From the NCBI RefSeq assembly GCF_009914755.1, contig NC_060931.1: a stretch of 64,000 nt of DNA. One strand, 5' to 3'. The translations under genes were made by a program, and so were the position numbers. The stretch's first letter is position 1; each line of letters opens with the position of its first letter. Shown in pieces: positions 41,498-54,300 of this stretch. The notes beneath the pieces were generated by a model. It saw only the letters and a list, made by a program, of their open reading frames with translations. It made no database searches and was not told where the DNA came from. The DNA comes from the human T2T-CHM13v2.0 reference genome, Homo sapiens.

Positions 41498-42438
41498 AGA
41501 AAAGTTTAACAGGACAGGAACACAAGGACGAGGGTAGTCTAAGGGCAGGCTTTGTGGTGCACCAGCGGTAGAGGATGATGAGAACAGAGTTTCCATATCT
41601 AAAGGTGCTGAACTAGAGAACTCTCAAGGTTCCCTCACATCAACGTTCTGTAGTTTGGAAAAAAAGGATTTTTTTCTGCTCTATGAGTTAGACCGTGTTT
41701 TCCCAAGGCCTTATAGCTGTGAGTGCAGGACGACTCTAATAACTGCATCAGAATTTATAAATTCAGCTGTCAGCATTGGGATGGTTGAGTCGACTGAACA
41801 AGCAGGTTTTCTTTCATTGTCTGTTTCCTAGATGGATGAATAACAATTTCAGCCTCTCCACTTTGTTGTAACTCTGTCAGTCTGACATTTCTGATTGCTC
41901 AGAGGTTTCTGGAAATTTTCTAAGTCACACGTTGGAGTTAATTCAAAGAGATAATGCAATTCCAATGGAATCATCAGTGTCTCTGCTGTCAGATCGAGTA
42001 TTTTAGGAGTTCAGTTGGTTGAGTTGCACAGCTCTGCAGATTTAATACTACATACTTGCCGCTTTGCGTCTTGCCCTCAAGTCTTCATAAATGGGCTAAA
42101 GGTCTGATTGGAAACTGTGAGATGAATTATATGTTTACTATGCCAAGTTAAGTAAATACCATTTGAAAGGATTACTAGAGGGTATAATCAAGTTAATTGC
42201 TTTAAAAATCTTTTTTGATTTACTGGGCTCTATGAAAATTGTTAAGCAATTGATCTGCCATAGTACATGAGCTGAAGAAAGCGGTGCTGAGTCCACAAGG
42301 TTTCCATGCACATCCCCTCCCCTGTGTCTGGAACTGCTCCCTAAATGAGAAGAGAGTCCCCCTGAGACCCGCATGCAAGTACTGTGGACAGACTGTTGTT
42401 CCTCCAGAGAAGACACATGTTGACAGCTTGACGTTCAG

Positions 42439-42472
42439 GCTGATGATGGATTTCTTTTTTTTTTCATTCTAG
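42439..42472 (+). promoter_or_regulatory. Branch point candidate and polypyrimidine tract of exon 2
   Basis: gctgat (A at 42443, 29 nt upstream of the acceptor G), T-rich tract, tag acceptor. Confidence 0.7.
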
Positions 42473-42511
42473 ATGCTGAAGAATACCAGCCTCCTATATG
42501 GAAATCATACT
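42473..42511 (+). CDS. CHN2: Beta-chimaerin coding exon (exon 2 of the beta2 isoform), 39 nt, phase 1-1
   Basis: Acceptor tttcttttttttttcattctag ends at 42472, donor gtgagt at 42512; reads (G)AT GCT GAA GAA TAC CAG CCT CCT ATA TGG AAA TCA TAC T = D A E E Y Q P P I W K S Y, recognised as beta2-chimaerin N-terminal sequence. Confidence 0.97.
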
Positions 42512-42782
42512 GTGAGTACCTGAAATGAAAATCTCCCCAGAAGTCGTTAGCAGGCCAGCCTTTCTGAACAATTCTTGCCAGCGATGTAGTGCACACAAGC
42601 GTTCCCACCTCACAGCACTGAAAACCCAAATCTTTCTTTCCACTGAGGAAAAAGATTAGTCAGAGAGGATTAACAGAGCCCCCTCCTCTTACCAAGGCCT
42701 CCAAGAACCAGCTGTGGCCCATTTCAAAAATGCTTAGAAAAGAGGGGTGGACTTTCTGACTCTCTGCCTTACAGTTTGGGGC

Positions 42783-43114
42783 TTTATTTTTATTTATTTA
42801 TTTATTTATTTATTTATTTTTTATTTATTGAGACCAAGTTTCACTCTTGTTGCCCAGGCTGGAGTGAAATGGCGCAATCTTGGCTCACCGCAACCTCCAT
42901 CTCCTGGGTTCAAGCGATTCTCCTGCCTCAGCCTCCCAAGTAGCTGAGATTACAGGCATGCGCCACCATGCCCGGCTAATTTTTTTGTATTTTTAGTAGA
43001 GACGAGGTTTCTCCATGTTGGTCAGGATGGTCTCGAACTCCCGACCTCAGATGATCCGCCTGCCTCGGCCTCCCAAAGTGCTGGGATTACAGGCATGAGC
43101 CACCGCGCCCAGCC
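42783..43114 (-). mobile_element. AluSp-like element with (TTTA)n tail
   Basis: tttcactcttgttgcccagg, ctcaccgcaacc, tttctccatgttggtcagg, ctcccgacctcag. Confidence 0.94.
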
Positions 43115-43494
43115 ACTTTTATTTATTTTTTTACACAGTTGATCGGCAAGGACAAATGTGTTGACTTCTATGAATTATGTTTTTGGCCAATCATTCTAAG
43201 GATAAAATATCATATGACATCAATGCTGAAAAATGAACAGATAGTGAAGAACCTGTTTGGTCACCAAGGGTGACTCTTAGAAACAGATCCTGCCTGATCA
43301 TCAGTTACCCACCTAGCTCCCCTCGTGAAGGCAGGCGGCTATCATTGCCTAAGCCTTGTCTCCTCTTTTCTTAGTACTATATGCTTGACTCAGGAACTCC
43401 CCAGTGAGAGAGGGCAGGACTGTGGTAGGAGGAGCCCACTGTGTCCAGAGCCAGGGGACGCAGGCCCTGGCTCAGGCTCTGCTTCTGCTGTCAT

Positions 43495-44050
<556 letters not shown>

Positions 44051-44087
44051 ACGTGTCCAAGACTTGTCCATTCTATTCAGAATCTTA

Positions 44088-44185
44088 TATATACCTATGT
44101 GCATGTATACACACACACATATATACACATATTATGTATGGATATATAATATATACACACAGCCACACACACACATATATAAATA
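44088..44185 (+). repeat. Mixed (TA)/(CA) low-complexity tract
   Basis: atatatacctatgtgcatgtatacacacacacatatatacacatattatgtatggatatataatatatacacac. Confidence 0.8.
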
Positions 44186-46093
44186 TGAATGTACGTATTT
44201 GTTACAAAAGCAATACAAAGCTACATAAAAGACAGATATTAGGGAAATACATAAAACGGAGAGTAAAAATTTCCCAACATCCACAAATTCCCCACCCCAT
44301 ATTCCAGTCCACTCTCTCCTTTCCCAGTAGCTGAGCTCTGTGAATGTGGGGAGGGAGATCCTTCTGATTGTTTAAAAGTGCATGCTTCATGTTAGGCATT
44401 TTTGTTGTTGTTGTGTAAAAATGGCTTGATGCTGTGTCCTTCAGCTTGCTTGTTTCACTTCACAAACATCTTGTTTTTATCTCTCCTTGTCAGCACATAC
44501 AGAGGCACCTTGTTCTTCGTTACATAAGTCTGTTCTTCCATCTGTGAAATAAAGGGGCTGTGCTGGGTCTCTAAGGGCCCTTCCAATCTAATGCTCTGTA
44601 TTCCGATCTTCTACTTTGAAAGGCCGTGCTAATGACTTAGTACTTGGATGTTTTTGTTTGTTTGTTTCCTAATGGAGTGTGAAGAGCTCTGACAGTAAAT
44701 CAACAGAATATCTGTAGTGAGAGGCATTGGGTGTTCCATGACTTACTGTGCTTTGCACACTGGCTCGCGCATGGCCTTGCGTACATTAACGACCCAATAA
44801 ATATTTGTTGAGAGAATGCCACCACCGAAAGCTTTGCTGAAGCGAAAAGATGGCATTGGCTCAAATTCATTTTGCCTTCTTCTAAGAGACCTTGGGCCAC
44901 CCAGTAACATCTCTTAAAAGTACTTCTATGTCTTGAGGAAGCTGGAAAATCCTTGCTACTTAAATTTAACAGTATCAATTTTAACCCTTCTGTATTAGTT
45001 TTAAGTTTGATTTTTGGATCTAACCAAGTTGTGTGTTTTAAAAATTTGCTCTATAATCATAAAACTTTACTTGCAAAAGTTCCTCTTTATTATATCCAAC
45101 TAATAGTCCTCCAGGCTCTATTTGAGAGCATCTAGTGATGTAGCTCTCCAAAAGTGAGGGGAGTATGCCATCCACGGCATCAAAAACATGTTGACCAAAG
45201 CCCTACAGACCACCAGTGAGGAAGAACTCTCTTTTGGTCATCCTGGATCCATGAGTTATTTGAGTTTGGGTGTTAGACCACGTATGAATTATCGAGCTCA
45301 TGCTACTCCATCTTATTTCCAAGAATATCATCCATTTGTTTAATCTTTCAGCAAATACATTCTAAATGTCAGAGAATAAGTGTTAGAAATCAACAATGAA
45401 TAAAATGTGGCTTATACTTCCCTCCAATGTACAATCTAGTCAAGGAGACAGATGTAAACCAATAAACTTAAAATGCAAATGAATTCTGGTAACAAAATGC
45501 TACTCCTCTATCTCCTGGGAAAGAAGACTATAGAAGAGGTCAAATTTGCGTGTGGGTCTTGAAGGATGACTAGGAGAAGGAATCTGAGGGCCTTCATGAG
45601 ATGCTTTTTAAAAAATCCAAATATGCTAAAATGATATCATTTCTTGATATGAAAGTCCAACAAAGCTATCAGAATATTGAATTTGTTTTATTTTAAATAA
45701 ACTGTTGGTAAACCCGTTGTGAACCCCAGAAATTACCAAGCCTTTCTCTTTGAAATGTTCACAAATTATCCTTTGAGAGGTTAATTTTAGATACTGATGT
45801 CTAACTCATTATATCATGTATGGATTCCATATTCTTCCATCACACACTTTTTTAAACTCTAGCAATTTTCGGTACTATCAATTCTCTCATATATTTACTA
45901 GAGCCAGTATATTTTTGCCATAGCATAGGACTTGGTTTAAAAATTTATTATTTGCAATGATTAGACAAGTAAGTAGCTATGTCCTTGTTTTCATTGACGT
46001 TTTTTTGGCCATAACTTTGACTTATTTAATGTCAGATTCTTGTTATGAAGCACTAGCCCCAATTATGGCATTATTCCTACAAGAAAATTTGTC

Positions 46094-46266
46094 TTAACCA
46101 GGCATGGTGGCATGCCTTGTAGTCCTAGCTACTCGAAAAGGCTAAGGTGGGAGCATCACTTGAGCCCAGGAGTTTGAGGCTGTAGGGAGCTACGATCACA
46201 CCATTGCACTCCAGACTGTGCAACAGCGAGACCCTGTCTCTAAAAAAAATTTTAATTTAAAAATAA
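46094..46266 (+). mobile_element. Free right Alu monomer (FRAM/AluJ monomer) with its own TSD
   Basis: Single right-type arm; TSD aagaaaatttgtc (46081-46093) / aagaaaattagtc (46267-46279). Confidence 0.85.
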
Positions 46267-46297
46267 AAGAAAATTAGTCAATTTCTAATGATGATTT

Positions 46298-46608
46298 ATT
46301 TATTTATTTATTTATTTTCTTTTTTGAGATGGAGTCTCACTCTTTCACCCAGGCCGGACTGCGGTGGTGCTATCTCAGCTCACTGCAAGCCCCGCCTCCC
46401 GAGTTCACGCCATTCTCCTGCCTCAGCCTCCCGAGTAGCTGGGACTACAGGCACCCGCCACTGCGCCCGGCTAATTTTTTTTGTATTTTTAATAGAGACA
46501 GGGTTTCACCGTGTTAGCCAGGATGGTCTCGATCTCCTGACCTCGTGATCTGCCCGCCTCGGCCTCCCAAAGTGCTGGGATTACAGGAGTGAGCCACCGC
46601 GCCCAGCC
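46298..46608 (-). mobile_element. AluY-lineage element (variants resembling the AluYk branch)
   Basis: ctgcaagc, ttcacgccattctcc, ccgtgttagccaggatggtctcgatctcc; variant ctctttcacccaggccggactgc..gctatctc; TSD taatgat(t)gattt. Confidence 0.9.
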
Positions 46609-46629
46609 TAATGATTGATTTTAAGAAGC

Positions 46630-47160
46630 GGTTTCTACGTTTTATTCTTGGCTGCAAGCAACAGAATACTACTCTCAATCACATTGATTGACTTAAGCCA
46701 AAAGTGCAGAGGCATTGGCTTCAGACATGACTGTTCCAGCAACTCAAATGACATTACCAAAATCCAGTGTATATTTCTTCTTTTCTTGGCTCCACTTTCC
46801 TAGATTTCACCCTACTCTTACTATGTTCTTCCCTTGGGATCCCCCTGTAACTATCAACAATATCAGGGCTGTGCTTCCTTATCCAAAAGCAACAGGCAAA
46901 GAGACAGTCTACTTTCTTGACACATCTAACAAAGTCTCGGAATTGAGTCTCAGTCTTAATTGACCTGGGTTACCCATTCCTGACTCTATCACTGTGGTCA
47001 GGGATGTGCTGACTGCCCTAAACCAATCAGGACTCACTACTGGAATTCAGGAAAGGATCAACCCCATATAACCCTGTATAACATGATTGGAAAATTTGGA
47101 GTAATATTGGAAGGAGGAAGATGAAAATGGATGCTGGGAAGGCAACCATAAATATCTGGC
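46630..47160 (-). mobile_element. MLT1J/K-like (ERVL-MaLR) LTR, degenerate
   Basis: ttggctgcaagcaacagaata...gacttaagccaaaag...ggcttcagacatgactg...atcactgtggtcagggat...aatggatgctgggaaggcaa. Confidence 0.7.
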
Positions 47161-47829
47161 TAAGAAATTTAGAAGGGTAAGAAATCAGCTCTCTCAATAT
47201 TTTATATAAATTATAGTGTTCATTAATTTAGTCACTCCTTCATTCAACAAATGCATATTAAGTCTCTGCCTTAAGCCGGGCACTGTGCTTGGAGTTGGGC
47301 CACTAAGATGGATAAGGTCGGCTGTTGACTCAAGGAACGGTGATGCCACGGGATGGCCTTTAAGTCCCTGCCCTCTCTGTTCCTTTCCTTTTCTTAGAAA
47401 AGGAAAAAAAAGGAAAAAGCTTCATGGCTTACTGAGCTGTTTCCATAAAATAATCTTGTCCCAAAGTATCATACATCTGCAGCTAATTCTTAACTCTCAA
47501 GACTGAATACAAGAAACATTGATGACGTCACTGAGAAAGCTTTGGTTTCAATGCTCTAAAAGAAGAGCTACTTTCAAGTTTACTTAAAAATAATAATAAA
47601 GCTACATTCTAAACTTTAAGCCAGAACTGTATGAACTTTATGCCTCGAGCAGGCAAGTTCAAAAGCCAATCACCATGGTTATGCTCTGAAAGATTTTCTT
47701 TCTTAAGAGGCCAAGTGCCAATTAGGCAGCAGATGCAGTGGCTGACAGCTCTCCCTGGAGGCTCCCCTGGGCAGCAGGTCACTCAGGCATAGCTTGTGCC
47801 TGTTTTACAGATTTGAAGTTTAGAGCCTC

Positions 47830-48000
47830 AAAACCCTGATCTGCAGAATCCCTGCATCAGAATCCCTTGGGGAGGATATTTATGATAATTATTCCTCAGC
47901 CTTACCCCAGATCTCTGGATCAGAAAAGTGGGGGGATCTGCAATGTATCAAACCCCACAGGTTTCTCTTATACATACTTACGCCTGAAACCCCTCAGTGT
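47830..48000. mobile_element. MER5-like DNA transposon fossil
   Basis: ctgcatcagaatcccttgggga...cctcagccttaccccagatctctggatcagaa...gatctgcaatgt. Confidence 0.6.
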
Positions 48001-48084
48001 GTGGGCAACTGTCATCTCCTCCTAGAGGTTTTTCACAGTGCCATTAGACAAGATAATTAAATCCCCATTAAGACTCGACATTCT

Positions 48085-48381
48085 GGCCGGGTGCAGTGGC
48101 TCACGCCTGTAATCCCAGCACTTTGGGAGGCCGAGGCAGGCAGATCACCTGCGGTTGGGAGTTCGAGACCAGCCTGACCAATATGGAGAAACCCCATCTC
48201 TACTGAAAATACAAAATTAGCCAGGCATGGTGGTGCATGCCTGTAATCCCAGCTTCTCGGGAGGCTGAGGCAGGAGAATCCTTGAAGCCAGGAGGCAGAG
48301 GTTGTGGTTAGCCGAGATCATGCCATTGCACTGCAGCCTGGGCAACAAGTGCAAAACCCCGTCTCAAAAAAACAAAAAAAA
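48085..48381 (+). mobile_element. AluSp-like element
   Basis: gggagttcgagaccagcctgaccaatatggagaaacccc; TSD core gacattct (48077-48084 / 48384-48391). Confidence 0.94.
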
Positions 48382-49844
48382 TTGACATTCTGTTAGGAAG
48401 GCAAGGCCTTCCCATGGCAGGGTGGAGGGTGGGGTTGAGCCAAGGAAGACACCTAAAGCACCTACAATTCCCTGCTTATAAGGTTTTCCCATGAAAATCG
48501 GGAAGACATGAGCAGTGAGCAGGGTCATACTGGCTCAGCGTCATGGCCAAGTGCCTGGGTTCAGCTCCTGGGTCCATATACCCTCCTTAGAAAGAAGTAG
48601 ACTGTTAGAAGCCATCCCTGCAGGATCTCTTAGGAGCTGATGGGGCTGGCCTGGGCTTCAAGGCCACCCAGGCTGTGGGCTTTCACCCATTAGCCGTCTG
48701 ATTCTGTTCCCAGAGTGAGTCAAGTTTTCTTACTGAAGAAAAAGTAAAACAGTCTGTCAGTGAGCTCACAATTTCTTAATCTGCTTTGGGTTTCTTGGGG
48801 AGTTAGGGAGCTCCACCTCCGTGTTCCCCAGTGGCTGCCACCCCTGCCAAACAGCTTACTCTGGTGCTAAGAATTCTCTGGTGTGCGGCAGAGGGCCCGG
48901 GGCTGGGAATTCCTGGCACATATTTGGGACATTGCTGCAGAAGTAATTCCATCACGTCACCTCTCAGCTCACAGACCACCCAAGAATTGACATACATTAT
49001 TGCATGTGACTTGTGAAATGTGTTTGTTGAACAAGGAAAATTCAAGAAGCAACGTTTTCAGATTATGCGATAAATTTCTGTTATATTCAACTCTGCCTCA
49101 GAGATTTTTTTCATGGATGCTATAGCTAACCTTGAAAATGATGGGCAGGCTCTCATTTGAAGCTAAGAGAGGAGATTGGGCCTTATTTTTATATGGTTGC
49201 CGTGGTAATTGATTGTCATCTCATTATCTTTATAGCCAGCCAGGTAACCCAGATGGCAAATAGGCTTCTGTGCCTACTTGCCAACTTCTGTTGTTTGGAA
49301 CAGCATAGAACAGGGTTTTGCAGATTCTGAGACCTGCTCATTGAGAAATAAGTCATCAAATAATGATGTCTACTGCCGAGGGGCCAGGAGAGAGAGGTGG
49401 CAGTTCCTCGCTTCTGGGGTTTGCCTTCCCCTTCCCTCCTCCAAGTCGCCCCTGGCTGGGGATTGTTCTTTGTTGGTTGTGAGATTGGTGAATTACCAAA
49501 TTTTTCTTTGCTAAAGCTCAGAGGGTTCCTAGAGAATGCAGCTATGGGATTTAGCCTGTTGACATAGGAGAGGAACTGTCCAGAAATGTTCCATCACCTG
49601 CATCCTTTATTTGTATAGTAGCATCTCAATCTCTCAGCCGCTCAGGGTCTCTTTGTAAACCAGTCTTGTTGATTCTCTTTTGAATCTCTGAGGCCATCAA
49701 CTCACCTTCTCATTTGCATTTGCACCAGTGTTATCTTAACTCACACTTTCACAACCTCATCTGTGTACCAGTAAAACACTGTTCTCTCTTGCTTCCTTGT
49801 CTCCAGTGTTCCCCATGTCTGATCCCTCTTTCAGCAAGGCAAAG

Positions 49845-50280
49845 GACAGTGGCTCCTACTCCTGGATATGCATGAGTCTCTTGAAGAGCTTTAAAAAGAA
49901 CAGATCTGGGGGCCCCTGGCCGGACTGGGAGAGTAAGCAATGCCAGAGATGGAGTCTAGGAATCTGTATTATTTTATAACTCCTAGGAGTTTCTAATGTG
50001 AGCAGCTCCTCATGGGACCTCTCCACCATCTAGTTAGGCAACCACTGGCTGAGGCTGAAAACTACAGCCTTTGGGTTTTGGAAATCAAGGCAATGAATCT
50101 TCATTTCATCCTCTGATCTGTGTGACCTTGAGCATCTTCAAAGCTGGCAGGCAACCCCGCTACCTTATTAGTGAGGGGAATAACAGTTACCTTGGAAGCT
50201 TTTTGGGAAGATGAAGTGAGAAGATGCATATAATATGCCTGGCACATGGTCTGTGCCCAGAAAAGGGCAGCATTTCTTCT
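49845..50280 (+). mobile_element. MER5-like fragment followed by a MIR
   Basis: ggagtctaggaatctgtattattttataactcctaggagtttctaatgtg; then ctgtgtgaccttgagca...gggaataacagttacc...tgcctggcacatgg. Confidence 0.6.
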
Positions 50281-50781
50281 TCTGAATAACCTTATCCCTA
50301 TTACCAATATTTTAAAACAGAGTAGATCATGGCTCCTGCTCAAACATGTGACTGTCCCTTTGTTACAGACAGGAGGACAGTCACGGTCCCCAGCATGTCA
50401 TTCAAGGTCCAGCCCCACATGGCCTTCTCACACATCCCACGCCCTGGCTCAGCAGCCACACTGGCCTCTTGCTGACCAGTCAGCTCATCATTTCCTTTCC
50501 CTGCAGTTCCTCTTTCCTCTATCTGTAACTCTCTCTCTTCTCTACCTGCAGAACCCTTCTAATCCTTCAGGAGAGCTCCCTGCCTCTTCCCTTGGGAAGT
50601 TGTTCTGACCACTTGAGTACATTGAATAGCTTCCTCCTCTTCCCCTATTAAAGTACTTGGCCCACCTTGGTTTTGTGTCTCCATGCATGTCCCCCATCAC
50701 TGGCATCTCCTCGAAGGCACAGATTGTGACCCATGGGCCATTAGATACAGTCTGTTCATTCACCAAATAATTAAAAATGTG

Positions 50782-51725
<944 letters not shown>

Positions 51726-51734
51726 AAACCAGGG

Positions 51735-51874
51735 AAGCAGGGTTGATGGCACCCGCCTGTATTCGCAGCTACTTGGGAGGTGGGGACAAGAGGATTGTTT
51801 GAACCCAGGAGTTTGATTCCAGCCTGGGCAACATAGTGAGACCCCCATCTCTTAAAAAAATTAAACCAACAAAC
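51735..51874 (+). mobile_element. FLAM-like free left Alu monomer
   Basis: Single arm ending ccagcctgggcaacatagtgagacccccatctcttaaaaaaa; possible TSD accaggg. Confidence 0.8.
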
Positions 51875-51883
51875 AGACCAGGG

Positions 51884-52050
51884 GCTTTGGAATCAAAAGG
51901 CTGTATGTTAGCTCTATGTCCTGGAGCAAATATTTAACTTCTCTGCACTGTTTCCTCATCCCTATCCAGAATGATAATGACACAAAGTTATTTTTTCTGG
52001 TTTCTTAAGAAGATTCAATACATGTTATTCCTGACACATGGCAGGCACTT
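51884..52050 (+). mobile_element. MIR fragment
   Basis: gctttggaatca...gagcaaatatttaacttctctgcactgtttcctcatc...cctgacacatggcaggcact. Confidence 0.65.
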
Positions 52051-52244
52051 GGTATGCTGGTGCCCTTCTCTTCTCCCAGACTCTCCATTCATCCTCAAAG
52101 CCTCCACATAATGCTGACTGTGGTATCTTGCATATAGCAGATGCTCACATATTTGCTTGTAAGAATTGCAAAAGAGCACTTAGCTAAAAATGCTTCTCTT
52201 TTATAACAGGTATGCATCCTTTGCCACCTCCATTAACAATGGTA

Positions 52245-52448
52245 TTCACAAAGCCATTTCAACCATATATCACTGTTGGCTTCAAGAGGCATTGACAATG
52301 GGAAGAGAAGAGTGGGCAGGATTCTCTGAATGTGAATTCTGCAATTCCTCTGTGATTTTAGGAGATGGCCATTGCATGCTCATTAACAGTAACATCCTGC
52401 TAAAAAGCAGCTTAGTAGTTTTGGGGGTGATTCCAGAGGAATAAAGGA
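52245..52448 (+). repeat. Local direct duplication, copy B
   Basis: Shares ttcacaaagcca, ccatatatcactgttgg, ctctgtgatt.taggagatggcc, ctgctaaaaagcagcttagtagt and agaggaataaagg with copy A. Confidence 0.93.
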
Positions 52449-52589
52449 ATTCCATGCAGCCTCCCTGGTGATTAAGGAGGGCACGAGCTATACTGGGGTA
52501 GCCAGAGGAATGTCTACAACTGTTTCTCTGTCTTTGGCCAACTCTTCCTCACGTATTAAAAGAAGCCTTCTCTGACTTTATCTCTTATA

Positions 52590-52990
52590 GCTTTTTCTTT
52601 TTCTTTTGAATAAGCAATACATATGATTCAAAACTCAAAACAACATAAAGTATACATTGAGGAATCTTTGTCCCATTCCTGTCCTTGTCTTTCTTTTTAT
52701 TCCCTGAAGGTAAATGCTTTTATTACTTCCTTGTTCCTTCTAGAGTTTCTTTATACAGATGTAAACAAAACTGAATATGCATTATTATTTTACTCCCTTT
52801 CTTAAAATGAATGTGTACTCTATGTATTTTTGGTTGTGTGTGTGTCTGTGTATTTTACAGTGCTCTTTTTGCTTAACAGAATGTCAAGAGTATTGTTCCA
52901 GGTCAGTGCATAGAGAGCTTTCTCAGTCCTCATTACAGGGGCATGGTATCCATCGGAAGACGTACCATAGTTAATTTAACTATTTCCTTC
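52590..52990 (-). mobile_element. Old L1 (L1ME-like) fragment
   Basis: aagcaatacatatgattcaaaactcaaaacaa...ctttttgcttaaca...cagtgcatagagagctttctca...catggtatccatcggaagacgtaccatagttaatttaac. Confidence 0.6.
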
Positions 52991-53149
52991 TAACAGAGAT
53001 TGGTAAACCAAGCCTTGAAAAGATGATCCCTGCCAGCCCTGTACTTACTGTACTATTTCATAAAAACATTTGGGCCTCTCACTAAAGCTGATAGGGTTCT
53101 TGAAAGTAGAGGCTGTGGTTTTATTTATATTTATATCCATAGCACCTCA

Positions 53150-54300
53150 GCAAAACCTGGAGATACAAGACAAAGCAAAAACAAGCATGATCCCTTCCTT
53201 CGTGGCAGGACTTACAACATGCAGGGAGAAATCATTGTTTTTGGAACTCACATCAATAAATACAGAACTATAGTTGTTGATAAGTTATATAAAGGAAAGT
53301 ACAGGGGATTGTAAGAGCATAGACTAGGGTGATGTCTTTGGATCTGGTGTGAGAGATGTCAAGAAAGACTCCTTCATGAAGTTGATATTTGAACTAAGGA
53401 CATGATGATAAGGGGCAGATAACAAGAGGTAGAGAAGGAGGAGAGGAAGATGTCATAGACAGAAGGAATAGCATACGCAAAGGCCCTGAGGTTGAAGGGA
53501 GCACTGTGTATTTAGGGAAAGGGGAGGAAACCAACTTGGCTGAGCAGAGAGCATGACACATGGTAACACTGTAGAAGGAGACAGGCAAAAGCATTTAGGG
53601 CATTTGATCTTCCTCTGAGAGCAATGTGAGGCCATGTAAGGCTTTTAAGCAGGGGAGTGACATGGTCTGATTGATATTTTAAAACAGTCACTCTAGCCAC
53701 CAGGGAAAAAACAGGCTGCAGGGTGGGAAGAGTCCAGAACTTGGAGTAGGGTGTTAATGATAGTGATGAAGAGGAGTCGACACACTTTGGAGATGTTACA
53801 AAGCAAACGTGACAGGTCTGTCGATGAACTGACCATCTGAGGTGTGATGAACAACTTCTAGGATGCTGGTGTCTAGAGAAATAGGATGAATAATGGCTCC
53901 TTCACTGATCTCAGAATTCCCAGAAGCCTAGATTTGGAGGAAAAGATCCTGAGTTCAACTTTTGACATGTTGAAGTTGAGGTCCCTTTTCTTTTGAGAAA
54001 ATCAGGAGGAATCTGTAGGAAGTAAGATATACATCCTGGAGCTTAGAGGAGGGTTCTGAGCAGAGATGTGGGAGCCTTTGTGTGTAGGAGATAAATGAAG
54101 TGTTAGGGGTGGAGGAGATTCCCTAGGGAGAAGAAAGAGAATGCGACCTGAAGAGGGCCTAAGGTAAGCCTTGGGCCTCTCCTATGGTCAGTGGACAGGT
54201 AGAAGAGGAGGAGGAGGCGCAGCAACATGCATAGGAAAAAGGCAGCCAGGATCAAAGGGTGAAGACCAGGAGGGTGGTGCCATGGAAGCCAATGGAAAGA
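53150..54300 (-). mobile_element. L2 fragment
   Basis: agacagaaggaatagcatacgcaaaggccctgaggt...gcttttaagcaggggagtgacatggtctgatt...tgagttcaacttttgacatgttgaagttgagg...ggtgccatggaagccaa. Confidence 0.85.
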
